Assembly: GCF_006345805.1 (NCBI RefSeq)
Contig: NC_042998.1
Coordinates: 201,314,001-201,378,000, forward strand
Length of the DNA stretch: 64,000 nucleotides
From: Octopus sinensis
Lineage: Eukaryota
Direction of reading: 5' to 3'
The translations under genes and the position numbers were made by a program. This document shows positions 1 through 13,265 of this stretch, one piece after another. The number at the start of each line of letters is the position of its first letter. Position 1 is the first letter of the stretch. Under the pieces are notes generated by a model. The model was not told the DNA's origin and ran no database searches. It worked only from the letters and a program-made list of their open reading frames with translations.

Positions 1-17
1 CCTTTATTACATCTTTC

Positions 18-27
18 AATATTATTA

Positions 28-92
<65 letters not shown>

Positions 93-268
93 GTTATTAT
101 TATTGTTATTATTATTATCATTGTCATCATCATCATTATTATTATTATTATTATTATATTATATTATTATTATTATCATTATAATTATTATTATTATTAT
201 ATTATTATTATTATCATCATCATCATTATTATCATTATTATTATTATTATTATTATTAATATTATTAC

Positions 269-331
<63 letters not shown>

Positions 332-385
332 TATTATATTATTATTATTATTATTATTATTTTATTATTATCATTATCATTATTG

Positions 386-416
<31 letters not shown>

Positions 417-424
417 CATTATTG

Positions 425-458
<34 letters not shown>

Positions 459-558
459 TCATCATCATCATCATCATCATCATTATCATTATTATTATTA
501 TTATATTATTATTATTATCATTATTTTTATTATTATTATTATTATTTTTATTATATTA

Positions 559-595
<37 letters not shown>

Positions 596-734
596 TATTA
601 TATTATTATTATTATCATCATTATAATATTATTATTATATTATTATTATTATCATCATCATCATTATTATCATTATTATTATTATTATTATTATTAATAT
701 TATTACCATTATTATTATTATATTATTATTATTA

Positions 735-767
<33 letters not shown>

Positions 768-1008
768 TATTAATATTATTATTATTATTATTATATTATT
801 ATATTATTATCATTATCATTATTGGTATTATTATTATTATTATTATTATTATCATTATTGGTATTATTATTATTATTATTATTTATTATTATTATCATCA
901 TCATCATCATCATCATCATTATCATTATTATTATATTATTATTATTATTATTATTATCATTATTTTTATTATATTATTATATTATTATATTATTATTATT
1001 ATATTATT

Positions 1009-1042
<34 letters not shown>

Positions 1043-1095
1043 ATATTATTATCACTATTATTATTATTATTTTATTATTTTTAAATTATTATTAC
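18..1095. repeat. (ATT/ATC)n trinucleotide microsatellite with ~439-bp higher-order duplication
   Basis: Near-pure ATT tract; rare variants (TATTGGTATT pairs, TTAATATTATTACCA) recur about 439 bp apart, e.g. at 383 and 822. Confidence 0.95.
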
Positions 1096-1584
1096 CAATA
1101 ATAATAGCTGCGGCAGCTACGAATTACTGTGGCTTCCAAAAACGTTATGGTCTTATGCCAATTCCAGAATGTATCATTCTTATTTAGCATTAGGATGGCT
1201 TCAAAAAACACCATGGACATCCGCCAATATTTAACTGAACTTTTCCTCATTTTTCCTTCTTGCTCCCCTCCTTATCAGTACTTTATTACTCTGATGATTA
1301 TTTTTTTTATTATTATTGTTGTTGATTTTGTTATTGCTGTTGTTTTTTATTTATTCTGTTTGTTCATTTATTGTGCGTTACATATTGTATTGTAAGTAAT
1401 ATGTGAACAATCCCTGCAATTTCAATTAGTGCCTGAATGTTGAATGCATATGCAAGCTATATGGGGTGACGGTTACGTTTCTTTTGGCGATACTACACAT
1501 ATCGTTTCCAAGGCGCCTATTTATATAGGGATTGCATTTAATTCAAATTTTTCCCTTGTGCATTTATGTTTGAATGCAGATACA

Positions 1585-1829
1585 CTTATACACGCACACA
1601 CACTCACACACACTCATATGTGTGAGCACTCATTATATACATATGCATTCACATGTGTGTTTGTGTGCGAGTGTGTATATGTATATATATATATATGGAA
1701 GGATACAATTTGTGGATGACGAATACATACATATAAACATATACATTTATATGGGAGGATACAATTAGTGTATGACGAATATATATACATATATATATAC
1801 ATACATATATATATACATATGTATATGTA

Positions 1830-1896
<67 letters not shown>

Positions 1897-1956
1897 ATAT
1901 GTATGTATATATGCATGTATATATGTATGTATATATGTATGTATATATGTATATGT
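1585..1956. repeat. (CA)n/(TA)n/(TATG)n microsatellite cluster
   Basis: Seen directly in sequence. Confidence 0.9.
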
Positions 1957-2851
1957 GAACAGTTATCACTGCATGACTTACCGTTTCTGTGTTAGATATT
2001 TGCTTCGAAAATGTAGGAGTAGAAGGTTAGTAATTTCTGGAAGTTATATTTTGGATTTTCCGATCCGGAAAGAGCTTCCGAAGAACCTAATGATTTCCTT
2101 TTACTCTACACCTTATATTTTCCCGAAGACACCATCGCTCTTCCCAACCGCTTGTGTATTTATTTTATAATGATAATATTGAACTTTCGTCAACACTTTC
2201 GTTCAAACCATATGTGGTAGTAAGTAATGTGGGATATTACAGATGACATGAAGTTAGCCTACGTCCGTGTTTTACTTTTCTCTCCATTTTTTAAATTTTT
2301 GTTGACATGGATACGTACCTTCTGAAAAGTGAATAGCAATTGGAAGATGTTACGTACAAATAGAGAATATAGATATTGACCTTTCAGTAAATTCTGCAAA
2401 CGGTGCACCCTGAATGCCCATTAACAGCCATTACGTGGCGGATTTGACTTTAGCATCAAGCGAATGAGATGGTAATAATAATAATGATAATAATAATAAT
2501 AATAATAATAATATAATAATAATAATGATGATAATAATAATAATGATAATCCTTTATGATTATTGTGCTGATATTCGTCTTCCGCTATTTGTATCCTTCC
2601 AAAAGTGTTTTGCGCATATAGATAACAATATTGCCTCTAAATATCATTTATAGAGAAGAATTATTAACATATAGTGGTATCCATTTGGGAAGAAGAGTTA
2701 GAGGATTAGGCCTTCTCAGTGAGAATTGCATGTGCTGAAGAGGTATACTTTATAGTAATTTCAAGCCCCTAAAGGTTTCTCGGAATTTGAAATGTTGTTT
2801 TTAGCATGATATCGTTTGTGTAACGCCAACGAAGTAATGTTATCATAAATA

Positions 2852-3180
2852 TGTTAGTTAGTTAGTTAATTTGGCTCAAAAGCAAAAAGCAAGGCCATGT
2901 AGGGGGACATGGAGTTAAGTACAGGGTGGTGTTCATGCAAAGAGTTCAGGCCACTTGAGGTCAAGAGAGACTTTGAACAAAGCGGTCGTCGGCATCTTCA
3001 CCATCTCGTCTGGCAGCTTGTTCCACGGATCCGCAACCCGGACGGAGAAAGCTCCTCTCCTTCGATTGAGATGAAATCGTCGCAGGTAGAGCTTTTCGGA
3101 ATGACACCGCAGGCATCTTACTTGGTCTTCATCGACTACAAGATCTTCAAAATTACAATTGAACTTATTCACTTGTAAGC
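2852..3180 (-). mobile_element. CR1-type LINE, 5'-truncated 3' end with (TAAC)n tail
   Basis: Minus-strand peptide HSEKLYLRRFHLNRRRGAFSVRVADPWNKLPDEMV...FKVSLD matches the CR1 ORF2 C-terminal pattern (RR.FFS.RV...WN.LP); short 3' UTR then a tetranucleotide tail; the same 3' end recurs at 32670. Confidence 0.85.
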
Positions 3181-3199
3181 TGCTATACAATACAATACT

Positions 3200-4800
3200 T
3201 CACAATCTTGCACCCAGATTCAAGCTTAACATTCTTCTATTTAATTTCGATGGGTCAGTGGGCTGCTTGTGAAAGGAAGTTGCTTAAATAGTAAGAATCA
3301 TTTTCCTGCAATAGAAACCTACTTTGGAGGGTTCAGCATAGTTTCCCTAGTGATGTAGAAGAAAGGCTGTGGCATCCACAGGTATTTCTGATGTGTTATC
3401 ATTTTGCGAAATATGCTCGCATCACTTTTCCTTCGAGGTGATGTATTCCTGTGTATAGATGAGATCACATTTAGGCTCCTAGCATCTAGGTTTTCTTCCA
3501 GCTCTCACATGTCTCATGTTATCTTCTGCAGTCTCGATTCCGAAGAATCTGGAATGTTTTCGAACTTTCACCGCCCTATATAGTCCCCTACATAGGGGAC
3601 TATTTGTGTGAAAGGACATTTCCAATGCGATTAATTCTATGAGGGTTTGTGAGCAACAAGTTCAATGAAATTTGCGGAGATAATTTTGGAGGCGATAAAG
3701 TATAACTAAACAACCATTCGTGACGATATTCTTCTAATGGTGCTAGTTCTAAAATCTAGAACTAACATTTTTGTCTTTTGCAAAATCAGCAACTGTATTC
3801 TTCTAATCGCTTCCCTCAAATTCCAGCAGGCCTTAACCGGGCAGTGATAGCCTTTGTATATTATCGATCCCGAGGAAATTTAACTGGCCAGGAAATGCTG
3901 TTAGGCGTCTCTCTCAAACACACGCTAATTAAATGTTCTGCTTCTTTTGTCTACATGAATAATTATTCTGTGAATGCTTGATTGTGGTCCACATTATCAT
4001 CTTAATATGCAAAAACAGTTGCAGAAATAAAAGTAGTGGTAGACGAATAGTAGAAGAACGCTTAAAAATTATATACTGTGGTACGTTTCATCGGGTTGAT
4101 GCCAAAGACGTGAACGGCGTGTCATGGTTGTTGATATACCGACACGTTCTCTGGATACCACTCTTAGAGAATTTCTTGAGAGATAAGTAGAAGGTTTTCT
4201 GTTTGGACGCAAGGTTTTTCTGAAGCTAGTCTTCTTGTTGCAGCAGAGCATCCACGTAAAAGTAAGGGGTGTCGAGACGAAGACACCGAACCTGACATCT
4301 GGAATATGAGCTACTCGTTATCATCTAGAGTTTGGACTAAACGATAGACAAATGCTACATGTTATCAACATAGAGAGGGAGGAAAGAGCGACAATGTCTT
4401 CAGGAAGACACCGGATCTGGTATGTTCCAGAATTCTTTCCTGTCAGGGAAACGGAGTGTATCTTCCAGAAATACTTAGCCTACCAGTACTACTAGTTTGA
4501 AAGATATTTTAGATACAGAGGAATGAGTTGAAGCAATTCTACGCGCACACTTCCAGCATTCGGGTTTACTAGCTCGCGGAACATCTATTACTGTATGTAG
4601 GGGAGATCCAGCTATCGACCTCGAAACTTGATTAGCCATCCTCTTTATATCAGGCAGGCGAGTTAGATTTCTTGCGCCTGGTAGCTATTTCGATAGAGAT
4701 TGTTTTGTAGAAAATGCTGAAAGAACTACAAACGGACATTTTACTCCTTGGTGAATCTCAATTTAACCTTATAACTTTTGAGTTGAAAAGGAAAATGAGA
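3200..4800 (-). mobile_element. Highly decayed LINE-like relic (clade unresolved)
   Basis: Non-simple, moderate-GC block with weak RT-like traces on the minus strand near 4100-4300; many stops. Confidence 0.3.
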
Positions 4801-5165
4801 GTGCAGAGAGCATTTCCTTTTGTTATTTTCTCAAAAGGATAGCGTAGCGAGTAGCAGAAATAGACGAGGCATATTGATCAGAGAACAACAGCTGAGAGAT
4901 GATATGAGCACAGCAGTGTTTGGTTTCTTCGTTCCTTTCATTTGTCGTAGCCGGAGATTTCCTCTATCAAATAAAAAAAGCAAAAAAAAAATCCCTGTGT
5001 TCAAAGCCATTCTAATAAAATTTCATTTCAGTTCCTTTATTTTCACAGACTCTTTTTTTTTATAAAGCTTATCCGTTTTTTTCTAAAATGTAAACTTTTC
5101 TATAAGCAATTCACTTTGCCATGTTTTCTTCAATATAAATAATTTGGGACAAATAAAATCAAATC

Positions 5166-5850
5166 CCATCACCATCATCATCATCATCATACCCCTCCTC
5201 TTCCTCCTCCTCCTCCTCCTCCTCATCATCATCATCATCACCGTCATGATCACCGTCATCATCGTCATCATCACCGTTATCATCATCGTCGTCGTCATCA
5301 TCATCGTCATCATCGTCATGATCACCGTCATCATCGTCATCATCACCGTCATCGTCATTATCGTCATCATCAGCATCATCATCGTCATCATCGTCATCAT
5401 CACCGTCATCATCGTCCTCATCACCATCATCATCACCGTCACCATCGCCATCATCATCACCATCATCACCATCATCAACATCATCATCACCATCATCATC
5501 ACCACCACCACCATCACCATCACCATCGCCATCATCGTCACCACCACCACCATCATCACCATCACCATCATCATCACCATCACCATCATCATCACCATCA
5601 CCATCATCATCACCATCACCATCATCATCAACATCATCACCATCATCACCACCACCACCACCACCGCTACCATCAACATCAACGTCAACGTCATCATCAT
5701 CATCATCATCATCATCATCAACATCAGCATCATCAACATCATCATCAACAACAACAGCAGCAGCAGCTGCGTCATCGCAACCGCATTGCATACGGTTACC
5801 ACTATCATCATCATCATCATCAACTTCATTGTTACCGTTATTATCACCAA
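5166..5850. repeat. (CAT/CAC/CGT)n compound trinucleotide repeat
   Basis: Seen directly; source of the poly-I/M/D ORFs. Confidence 0.95.
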
Positions 5851-6399
5851 CATTATTTTTTGTGTCAGAGCTTCGGAAACATGCCGTTTGCATCTCTCGC
5901 TTCACTTCATGTTCAAATACAAAATTTAAAAAAAAAAAAAACCAAGAAACTCCGTGTTTATCTACAGGATTCATTATCTCTGTATCTTTAACACAAAATA
6001 CCAGTCAAACGCTTAAAACACTGACACTACGTAATCAAACGACCTTGAACCTAGAACAAAAAAAGGAATAGTAAAAAGGAAAATATCATAATCATTCATG
6101 ATTATACTGATAAAGAGTCGGAAATACTATCTGGTAGTATTTGTTCCGTTTTCCTTTACGCTTTGATGTTTCATATTGCCGAGGTTTAGGTTTCCTTTCA
6201 TACATCCAGAGTCAATAAAAAATAAAGTTTCAGTCTAGTATTGGAGTGTATTCTATCGATTAAAACCATCGGTTCGAACATTGCTGGCCTTGTGCCAATA
6301 TTTGTTATTAGCATGACATGAGGGGCACTTTATTGTTCTTCTTCTTGTTGGTGTATTCATCACCATAAGCAGCGGTTGATTCAGTTCAAGAAGCAGCAC

Positions 6400-6408
6400 T
6401 AATAGCAG

Positions 6409-6451
<43 letters not shown>

Positions 6452-6775
6452 GCAGAAGTCGCTGCGGCAACCGCAGCAGCAGCAGCAATAGTAGTAGTTG
6501 TAGTATAAGTAGTAGTAGTAGTAGTAGTTGCTGCTGTTATAATAGTAGAAGTAGTAGTGGTTATGGTGGTGGTGATGGTAGTGGTGGTGTTGGTGGTGGT
6601 CGTAGTGGTAGTAGTAGTTGTAGAGGGGGTAGTAGTGGTGGTGGTGGTAGTAGTAGTAGTGGTTGTGGTTGCGGTGGTGGTAGTAGTGGTAGTAGTAGTA
6701 GTGGTGGTGGTGGAGGTGATGGTGGTCGCAGTGGTGGTGTTGGTGTTGGTCGTAATGGTAGTAGTAGTAGAAGGG

Positions 6776-6827
<52 letters not shown>

Positions 6828-6895
6828 CGGTGGTAGTAGTAGTAGTGGTAGCAGCAGCAGCAGCAGCAGTTGTAGTAGTAGTAGTAGTTGAATAA
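6400..6895. repeat. (GCA)n-(GTA/GTG)n compound trinucleotide repeat
   Basis: Seen directly. Confidence 0.95.
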
Positions 6896-7089
6896 GAAGA
6901 CAATGTTTAAATGTATAAATGGCTGGAGATAAATCTGTTACAGTGAATATGCTGAGAATTTAATCAAGTTGATTAAAGCAAACGCATTTACTGGAAAACT
7001 TGATTACAGGACCTTATACAGTAAATCCAATTACGAGAAGCTCTAAATAAATGAAAAATAAAATATAGCAGGCAAATTGAATGACAATC

Positions 7090-7586
7090 ATGACAATAGC
7101 AGCAGTATAACAACAACGATAATATTAATAAGGGTAAAAACAACAGCCACAACACTAACAATAATAATAACAGTAATAATAACAATGATAATAATAATAA
7201 TAATAATAATAATGATAATAATGATAACAATAATAACAGTAATAATAATAATAATAATAATGATGATGATGATGATGTGATGATGATGATGATGACGATG
7301 ATGATGATGATGATGATGATTATGATGATGATGATGATGATGTTGTTGATGATGGTGATGATGATGATGATGATGTTGATGATGGTGATGATGATGACCA
7401 TGACGGTGATCATGACGATGATGACGGTGATGATGATGATGCTGATGATGCTGCTGCTGCTGCTGATGATGATGATGTTGATGATGACGACGATGATGAT
7501 GATGACGACGACGATGATGATGGTGATGATGACGATGACGATGATGATGGTGATGATGACGACGACGACGACGATAATGATGATAT

Positions 7587-7635
<49 letters not shown>

Positions 7636-7680
7636 ATGGATGAGTTTGATGATGATGATGATGATGGTGGTGAAGTGTTG
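7090..7680. repeat. (ATA)n grading into (ATG)n trinucleotide repeat
   Basis: Seen directly. Confidence 0.95.
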
Positions 7681-8277
7681 ACGTAATTATTACTACTAAT
7701 AATAGGCACAATGGGAAGGAAGAATGAATGTAGCACAAAACAACAAAGAGATGAAAATGAATAAATCAAGCTATTTGGACAATGACGATATCACGAATAA
7801 CAACTGTAACAAGCGTAGCTGCTAGAAGAACAAGATAAACGAGAATACGATAACAGCAAACACAATGTAAATTATAAAATCAACAAACGAAAAGGCAAGA
7901 AGAACGGTGATAATGATTTCTAGCGTTTTACTTCGATAATAAGAGCAGTAGATTTAGCTGATATGGTATCTGGCTACTGGCCCGTTAGGTCGATACTTAC
8001 ACTATTCTCGTTGGTGTAACGTCTAATTCACTAAGTTTTGAAGTGACTCGGCTTATGTAGTACTTGAAATGTTACATTCGTACTTGGTTAGGGATAATTT
8101 ATGTCTTAACGAATAGCTCCATGGAGAACGGTGGCTTTCATCCGACAATACCCATGTCTATGTTTCTCGCTTTTTCACTTGTATAAATGTGTTTTTTTGA
8201 GGAACATTTGGCTATTATTTTAACAAATCGAGCGCCAGCTTAGAGGCTTATTGGATATTTATTTTGAGGAAAATGCG

Positions 8278-8485
8278 TTGAGTTAACAAAACCGTTTGCA
8301 CGCCTAGCAAAATGCTTAGCGGCATTTCATCCGTCTCTACATTCTGCGTTTGTATTCCGAAAGATTGATTTTTGCATTTTATCCTTTCGGAGATCGATAA
8401 AATAAGAACCAGTTGAGTACTGGGGTCGATGTAATCGACTTGTTCCTTCACCGCAATTATTGGCCTTGTGTCAAGATTTGAAACG
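8278..8485 (+). mobile_element. Diverged tRNA-derived SINE, family A
   Basis: AAATGCTTAGCGGCATTTC...ATCCTTTCGGAGATCGATAAAATAAGAACCAG...GGGGTCGATGTAATCGACT, homologous to the copy at 29963. Confidence 0.8.
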
Positions 8486-9299
8486 AATATTTATGTTGGA
8501 ATGGTTTTTTTCATCCGAGGGAAATTAGAAAGTCAAAAAGAGAGATTTTTACAGAAAGAAGGTGATAGACATAAAGAGAAGCAATGTAGTGTGTGTGTGT
8601 TAATAATATTCCAGGCTTGAAAAAACTTTTTGCGGCCTAACATTATGAGAGAAAGGGGAGGAAAGAAAGAAAGACAAACAAAATGCAAAAAGGGAGAGAA
8701 AAAGACATCTATGAGGATTTCATTTAAGCCCAAAACATGACACCGAAGCAAAAGCTTCTAAATAATGAATGAAAAACGCTCTGAATATGCAGTTATATAC
8801 ATATACGAAAAGAATAGTAAAAGGTACCCAATGGATTCTTTCTTAGCAACAACATTACAAAAATTACTGCCGTGGAAATTCCATTTTTTAAAATCCCATT
8901 TTTTAAAAAACATTATAGATCATTTTGACATCATTTCATATAATTCGATGATATATTTGATGACGTCTCTTAGTTAAGAGGCCTGCAAAAGATAACAACC
9001 TGATTCACTGTTACAATTTACAGTTGTATGTCTAATTCCATTGTAGTCGCAGAAATCGTAAAAATCCCGTACTTGTGAATACTGATAGTAAGAGAAATCG
9101 GAAATGATATCATAGATATATGGTTTTCGTAAATAATTATGCATAATTATATTCAATAGAATAAACCATGCATTTTGTGCATAATTGCCGAAAGACAAGT
9201 TTTCGTGACGATGGTCTTTTGACGTCTTTAAATAAGTTATACTAATTAATGCAATGTTATAATTGATATTCAGTACCTGATCAAAGTTGATACATGGAG

Positions 9300-11860
9300 A
9301 ATATAATCAAAGCACATGCAGTCTTGGCAATGCTGTCCTTTGGTATTTCAGGGATCCCTTTTAACTTGGTATTATTATTTTTTTATTTACAACCACGGAG
9401 AATGACACGAGGAAATATTACTGTTACATCTGCCAGCTGAGAGCTTAAATGCTAACTAGTTGAGAGCTTTGATGCTAACGAGTTGTCTCGTGATGATATT
9501 GATATTATTGATAATCGAATGAATCATTACAAATACACACCATAACTAATATTGCAGAGTAGTATATTGACTATAACTCATCGCATCAAACTATTGATGC
9601 ATGCCGCTGTAGAATAAACGGAAAAAGAAACTTTCAACAGAAAGTCTTGAATCGTGAGAGATGAGACCACGTGTCTGAATGAAATGGATATATTTTCAGA
9701 GATATATATAAGGGCCCCTAAAAGCTATACCAACATAATGGAAATGGAATCAGATGTAAGGGCCAGAGTAATTAATGCTGAAATCATAAAGGCAAACGTA
9801 TAATACAATAATGAAATGTTGTTACCATCTCTGATGCAGTGTGTCGCCCACTCACTTAATCGATTTTCGTCCTAATCGAAGTTGTTTGATTAGCATGAGC
9901 TTCCTGTATTAGATATAGATGTGAAATAGTATAGTGCGTCAGTGTTGTTCTTTTTGTTGTTGCGTTTCTTGGAGCTGACGGTGATAAAGATGAGCGTCGA
10001 CGACGACTACGTGAGCGGATACAATGACGTGGGCGGTCACGGCGACGACTACGACGACGTTGATGATGATACAGCCTAATGGTCCTCGTTCATTTGTCAA
10101 TATGCACAAGTCCCGCTTGAAATAGCTAACTATTGTGGTATTAGCTCTCAGAGAAAGATCGTCTCCCGGTACTTCGTAACAGGTTGTGTTTCGAGTCATT
10201 ACTGTGGAAGATAGAAGTTTTCAGAGCTATACTTTTCGAGTTGGGTTTCGGGGAAGCTGAGGTCACCGCAATGGTGTTAGACAATACAGAAATAGAGACA
10301 ATCGGCAAACGTTTAAAGAAATACCGGCAATTGTATTTGCAAAGATAAATCAGAACAAATTGTTAGGTCTGAAATGTGGCAAATAGAAAGTCGGGTCTCT
10401 AAATTCAAACAGCGTCGCAGATCGCTGGATAGGCGGTTATGAATTCCTCAGTGTGTGGTTCGAGCTAAATTTCTAGAGAGACATGCTAATGTTGGAAATA
10501 GAGTGCTCACCTCATACAGAAACGGGATGAAATAAAGGTAGCTCTGAAAGGTTGAGTCTGGAAATGCCTACATCACCCCCAATTAATATGTCATTTAATA
10601 TTCATATCTTTACCTAGTAATCATATATCCAGATAGGTGCAGTATATCTTCCGTATCCTGTGGAATTCACGTGTTCCACACAACAAATGTTAGATCCGTT
10701 GTCCATGCTCAGTAGAAAGCGGCTTAGCATGAATAAGGCCATTGATGCGCATTTATGGCCCAAGGCTGAGTGATCTGCAGAGTTTCCTGGTGGACACTCA
10801 GCGCGTATGGTCTTCACTTGCAAAACATCCTTTATTCGCAATAATGATATTACTCCAGTAATAATTTATATGCTTTACTTTCTCAATTGAATAATGTTAC
10901 AAAAGGTGACAACCAAATCAAAATATGGTGACTAATACTTTACACAATATACGGCATAGAATGACAACATTTACTGAGAATACAGAGACCTATGGGAAGA
11001 ATGGAAGTATAAATCTTTTCTAAGGTATCAGCTGAGTAGAGAAATCTACAAAACATCTAGGAAAGAAGAAGATGTATTCTACCAAGGAGAATTACAAATT
11101 CACAGATTGAGTGTAATGACATGCTTGCACAATACAGTAGCGAAGTAATGCCTACAGAGGCGCTGGCACATTCTTTATGAGCATAATGCAAACGAATATA
11201 AGCAATTGTCTCTAAGAAACATGGTACTCAAACTCAATGAGAAATTCTTCATTGTACGATAGGGACCGAAGTCACTCTTCCTGAAACACGAGATGCATCG
11301 AATGAAGAAGCCTATTTTATATTATTGTAGATACCATAGATTCTGGGGAAGAAAAAATTAAGCACAAATTTTCAAACATAAACAGGAAACAAACCATCTT
11401 AAGGCATGACAATTCTAGGGCTCGAATACACTGGATATTATGTCAGTATTATGTAATACTACGTGAAAATATTTGGTGTAAATATAACTATAAAAATAAA
11501 TATTTGGTGTAAATATAAAGGAAAAACGGTTCTACGAAAATGACGTAGCGATCATAGACCTACTTTAGCAATCATCACAGATTGTTCAAGGATAATCTGT
11601 TAGATAGTGTCGTCGAAGGTAATCACAAATGCAACTGCTTCGTAACTGAAATATTACTTCCAGCGAGTGATAATGTCCTTCGAACAGAGATAATCAAGCC
11701 GTCGAAGATAAAAAAAAAGAGACAATCTCAATGATAATAAATGCTTTCGGAAATGTCTACTGAAAGACTTACTATCACATGTCAAAAATCCCATGAGATT
11801 ACAAACACAGAAACAGCAAGCTTGCAGTTCTCACATAACGTCGCTTAGATAATAAGTGAA
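9300..11860 (+). mobile_element. Decayed non-LTR retrotransposon relic(s)
   Basis: DEIKVALK-like pre-RT trace near 10530 and an RHD-like trace near 11402; heavily interrupted. Confidence 0.35.
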
Positions 11861-12841
11861 ACTATACTACGATGATGATGACGATGATGATGATGATGAT
11901 GATGACGATGACGATGATGATGATGATGATTTCACTGACGTAATGATTTTTCTTATCACGCGCGGTGTTCTAAGCTCGAGGAAAGATTTCACAACAAAAT
12001 CAGCAAAAGAAATTTACTAAAATGTTGACAACGTGTAAGCGCTGGCGAAAGAAACGGAAATGATTGTCACGTAAAAAGTAATATCGCAATAAGAAGGTTT
12101 TAGTGTTGAAAACACTACTTCAAAGCTCAACATGTTCTGTTTTGAATACACTACAAAACTTGATTAACTGAATTATGCTTTAGAATATTCCCAAGAGCTT
12201 CCTCCACACAATTAAAGCCAGTGTTGTTGAGAATTTTAATGTTAATATTATTACACGGCCCTTATTTGCTCCATATTCAATCATAATTAACATTATTTCT
12301 GCCTAAACTACTGAGAAATGAAGCAGTGAATAGTACCTGGAAGACCTTTAATCTGTTAAATATGCAAGTTGTATTAATTAAAAATGTATGCATATTCTGT
12401 ACATACTAATTAATAAATGAACGCGACTGTAAAGTTATAATAATAAAACAATTCTTTGTTTTTCAGATAAATGACTCAACCATGCGGATAAAGATTTTTG
12501 GAAAAGACCCCACTGGCTCGTGCCAAATGAAACTAGTAACATAAAGTAGTTCAGCAGATATGCACCATAGTTTTATATATAAAGATTATGAGATATATAT
12601 TCTAAATTGATTCACTTTTGTAACCATCACTGAAACGACTTACCAAATCTGGAGAATCATTATCGAATTGTTGTAAATTATCAGCAGTACAGGAAAGCAG
12701 TTCATTACAAAAAAAAACCCCTCAAATTTTGTGTGTTACAGAAATAACACAATAGCAAAACTTGCAGGCAGAAGCGTTAAAAACAGAAATTGTAACGAGT
12801 TCTAATACTATCTCACCTAAGGAAGAATTTCAACAATGACA

Positions 12842-12990
<149 letters not shown>

Positions 12991-12999
12991 CGGGAGAGA

Positions 13000-13117
13000 C
13001 GGAGAATTCACAAAACAAGAAAAAACAAAGACAGGTAGTGAGGACTACAAACAGATGTATTAGTTTAACGCTCGGGAAGTGAAAATGTCTTTAATGCTTC
13101 GAAACTACGCTCTTCCA
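13000..13117 (-). mobile_element. Truncated Penelope-type terminal-repeat fragment in (TA)n
   Basis: TATTAGTTTAACGCTCGGGAAG resembles TATTATTGGACGCTCAGGAAAG of the 49391/62639 family; ends in a decayed stem II/GAAA-like remnant. Confidence 0.5.
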
Positions 13118-13140
13118 TATATATATATAATTATATATAA

Positions 13141-13265
13141 GACGGGCTTCTTTCAGTTTCAGTCTACCAAATCCACTCAGAACGCTCTGGTCGGCGCGAG
13201 GTCATAGTAGAAGACACGCAGTGGGACTGAACCCGGGACCATGTGGTTGGTAAGCAAGCTACTCT
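13141..13265 (-). mobile_element. SINE family B, partial 5' half
   Basis: Homologous to 17785-17925. Confidence 0.85.

Noticed and set aside
91-7769. Long homopolymer-like ORFs (poly-I/L/M/D/T/H)
   Set aside because: Translations of trinucleotide microsatellites, open in several frames on both strands
10614-10841. Possible minus-strand exon ending at a GTAAAG donor
   Set aside because: The listed ORF frame stops at the junction, and the plus strand is better explained as a LINE relic
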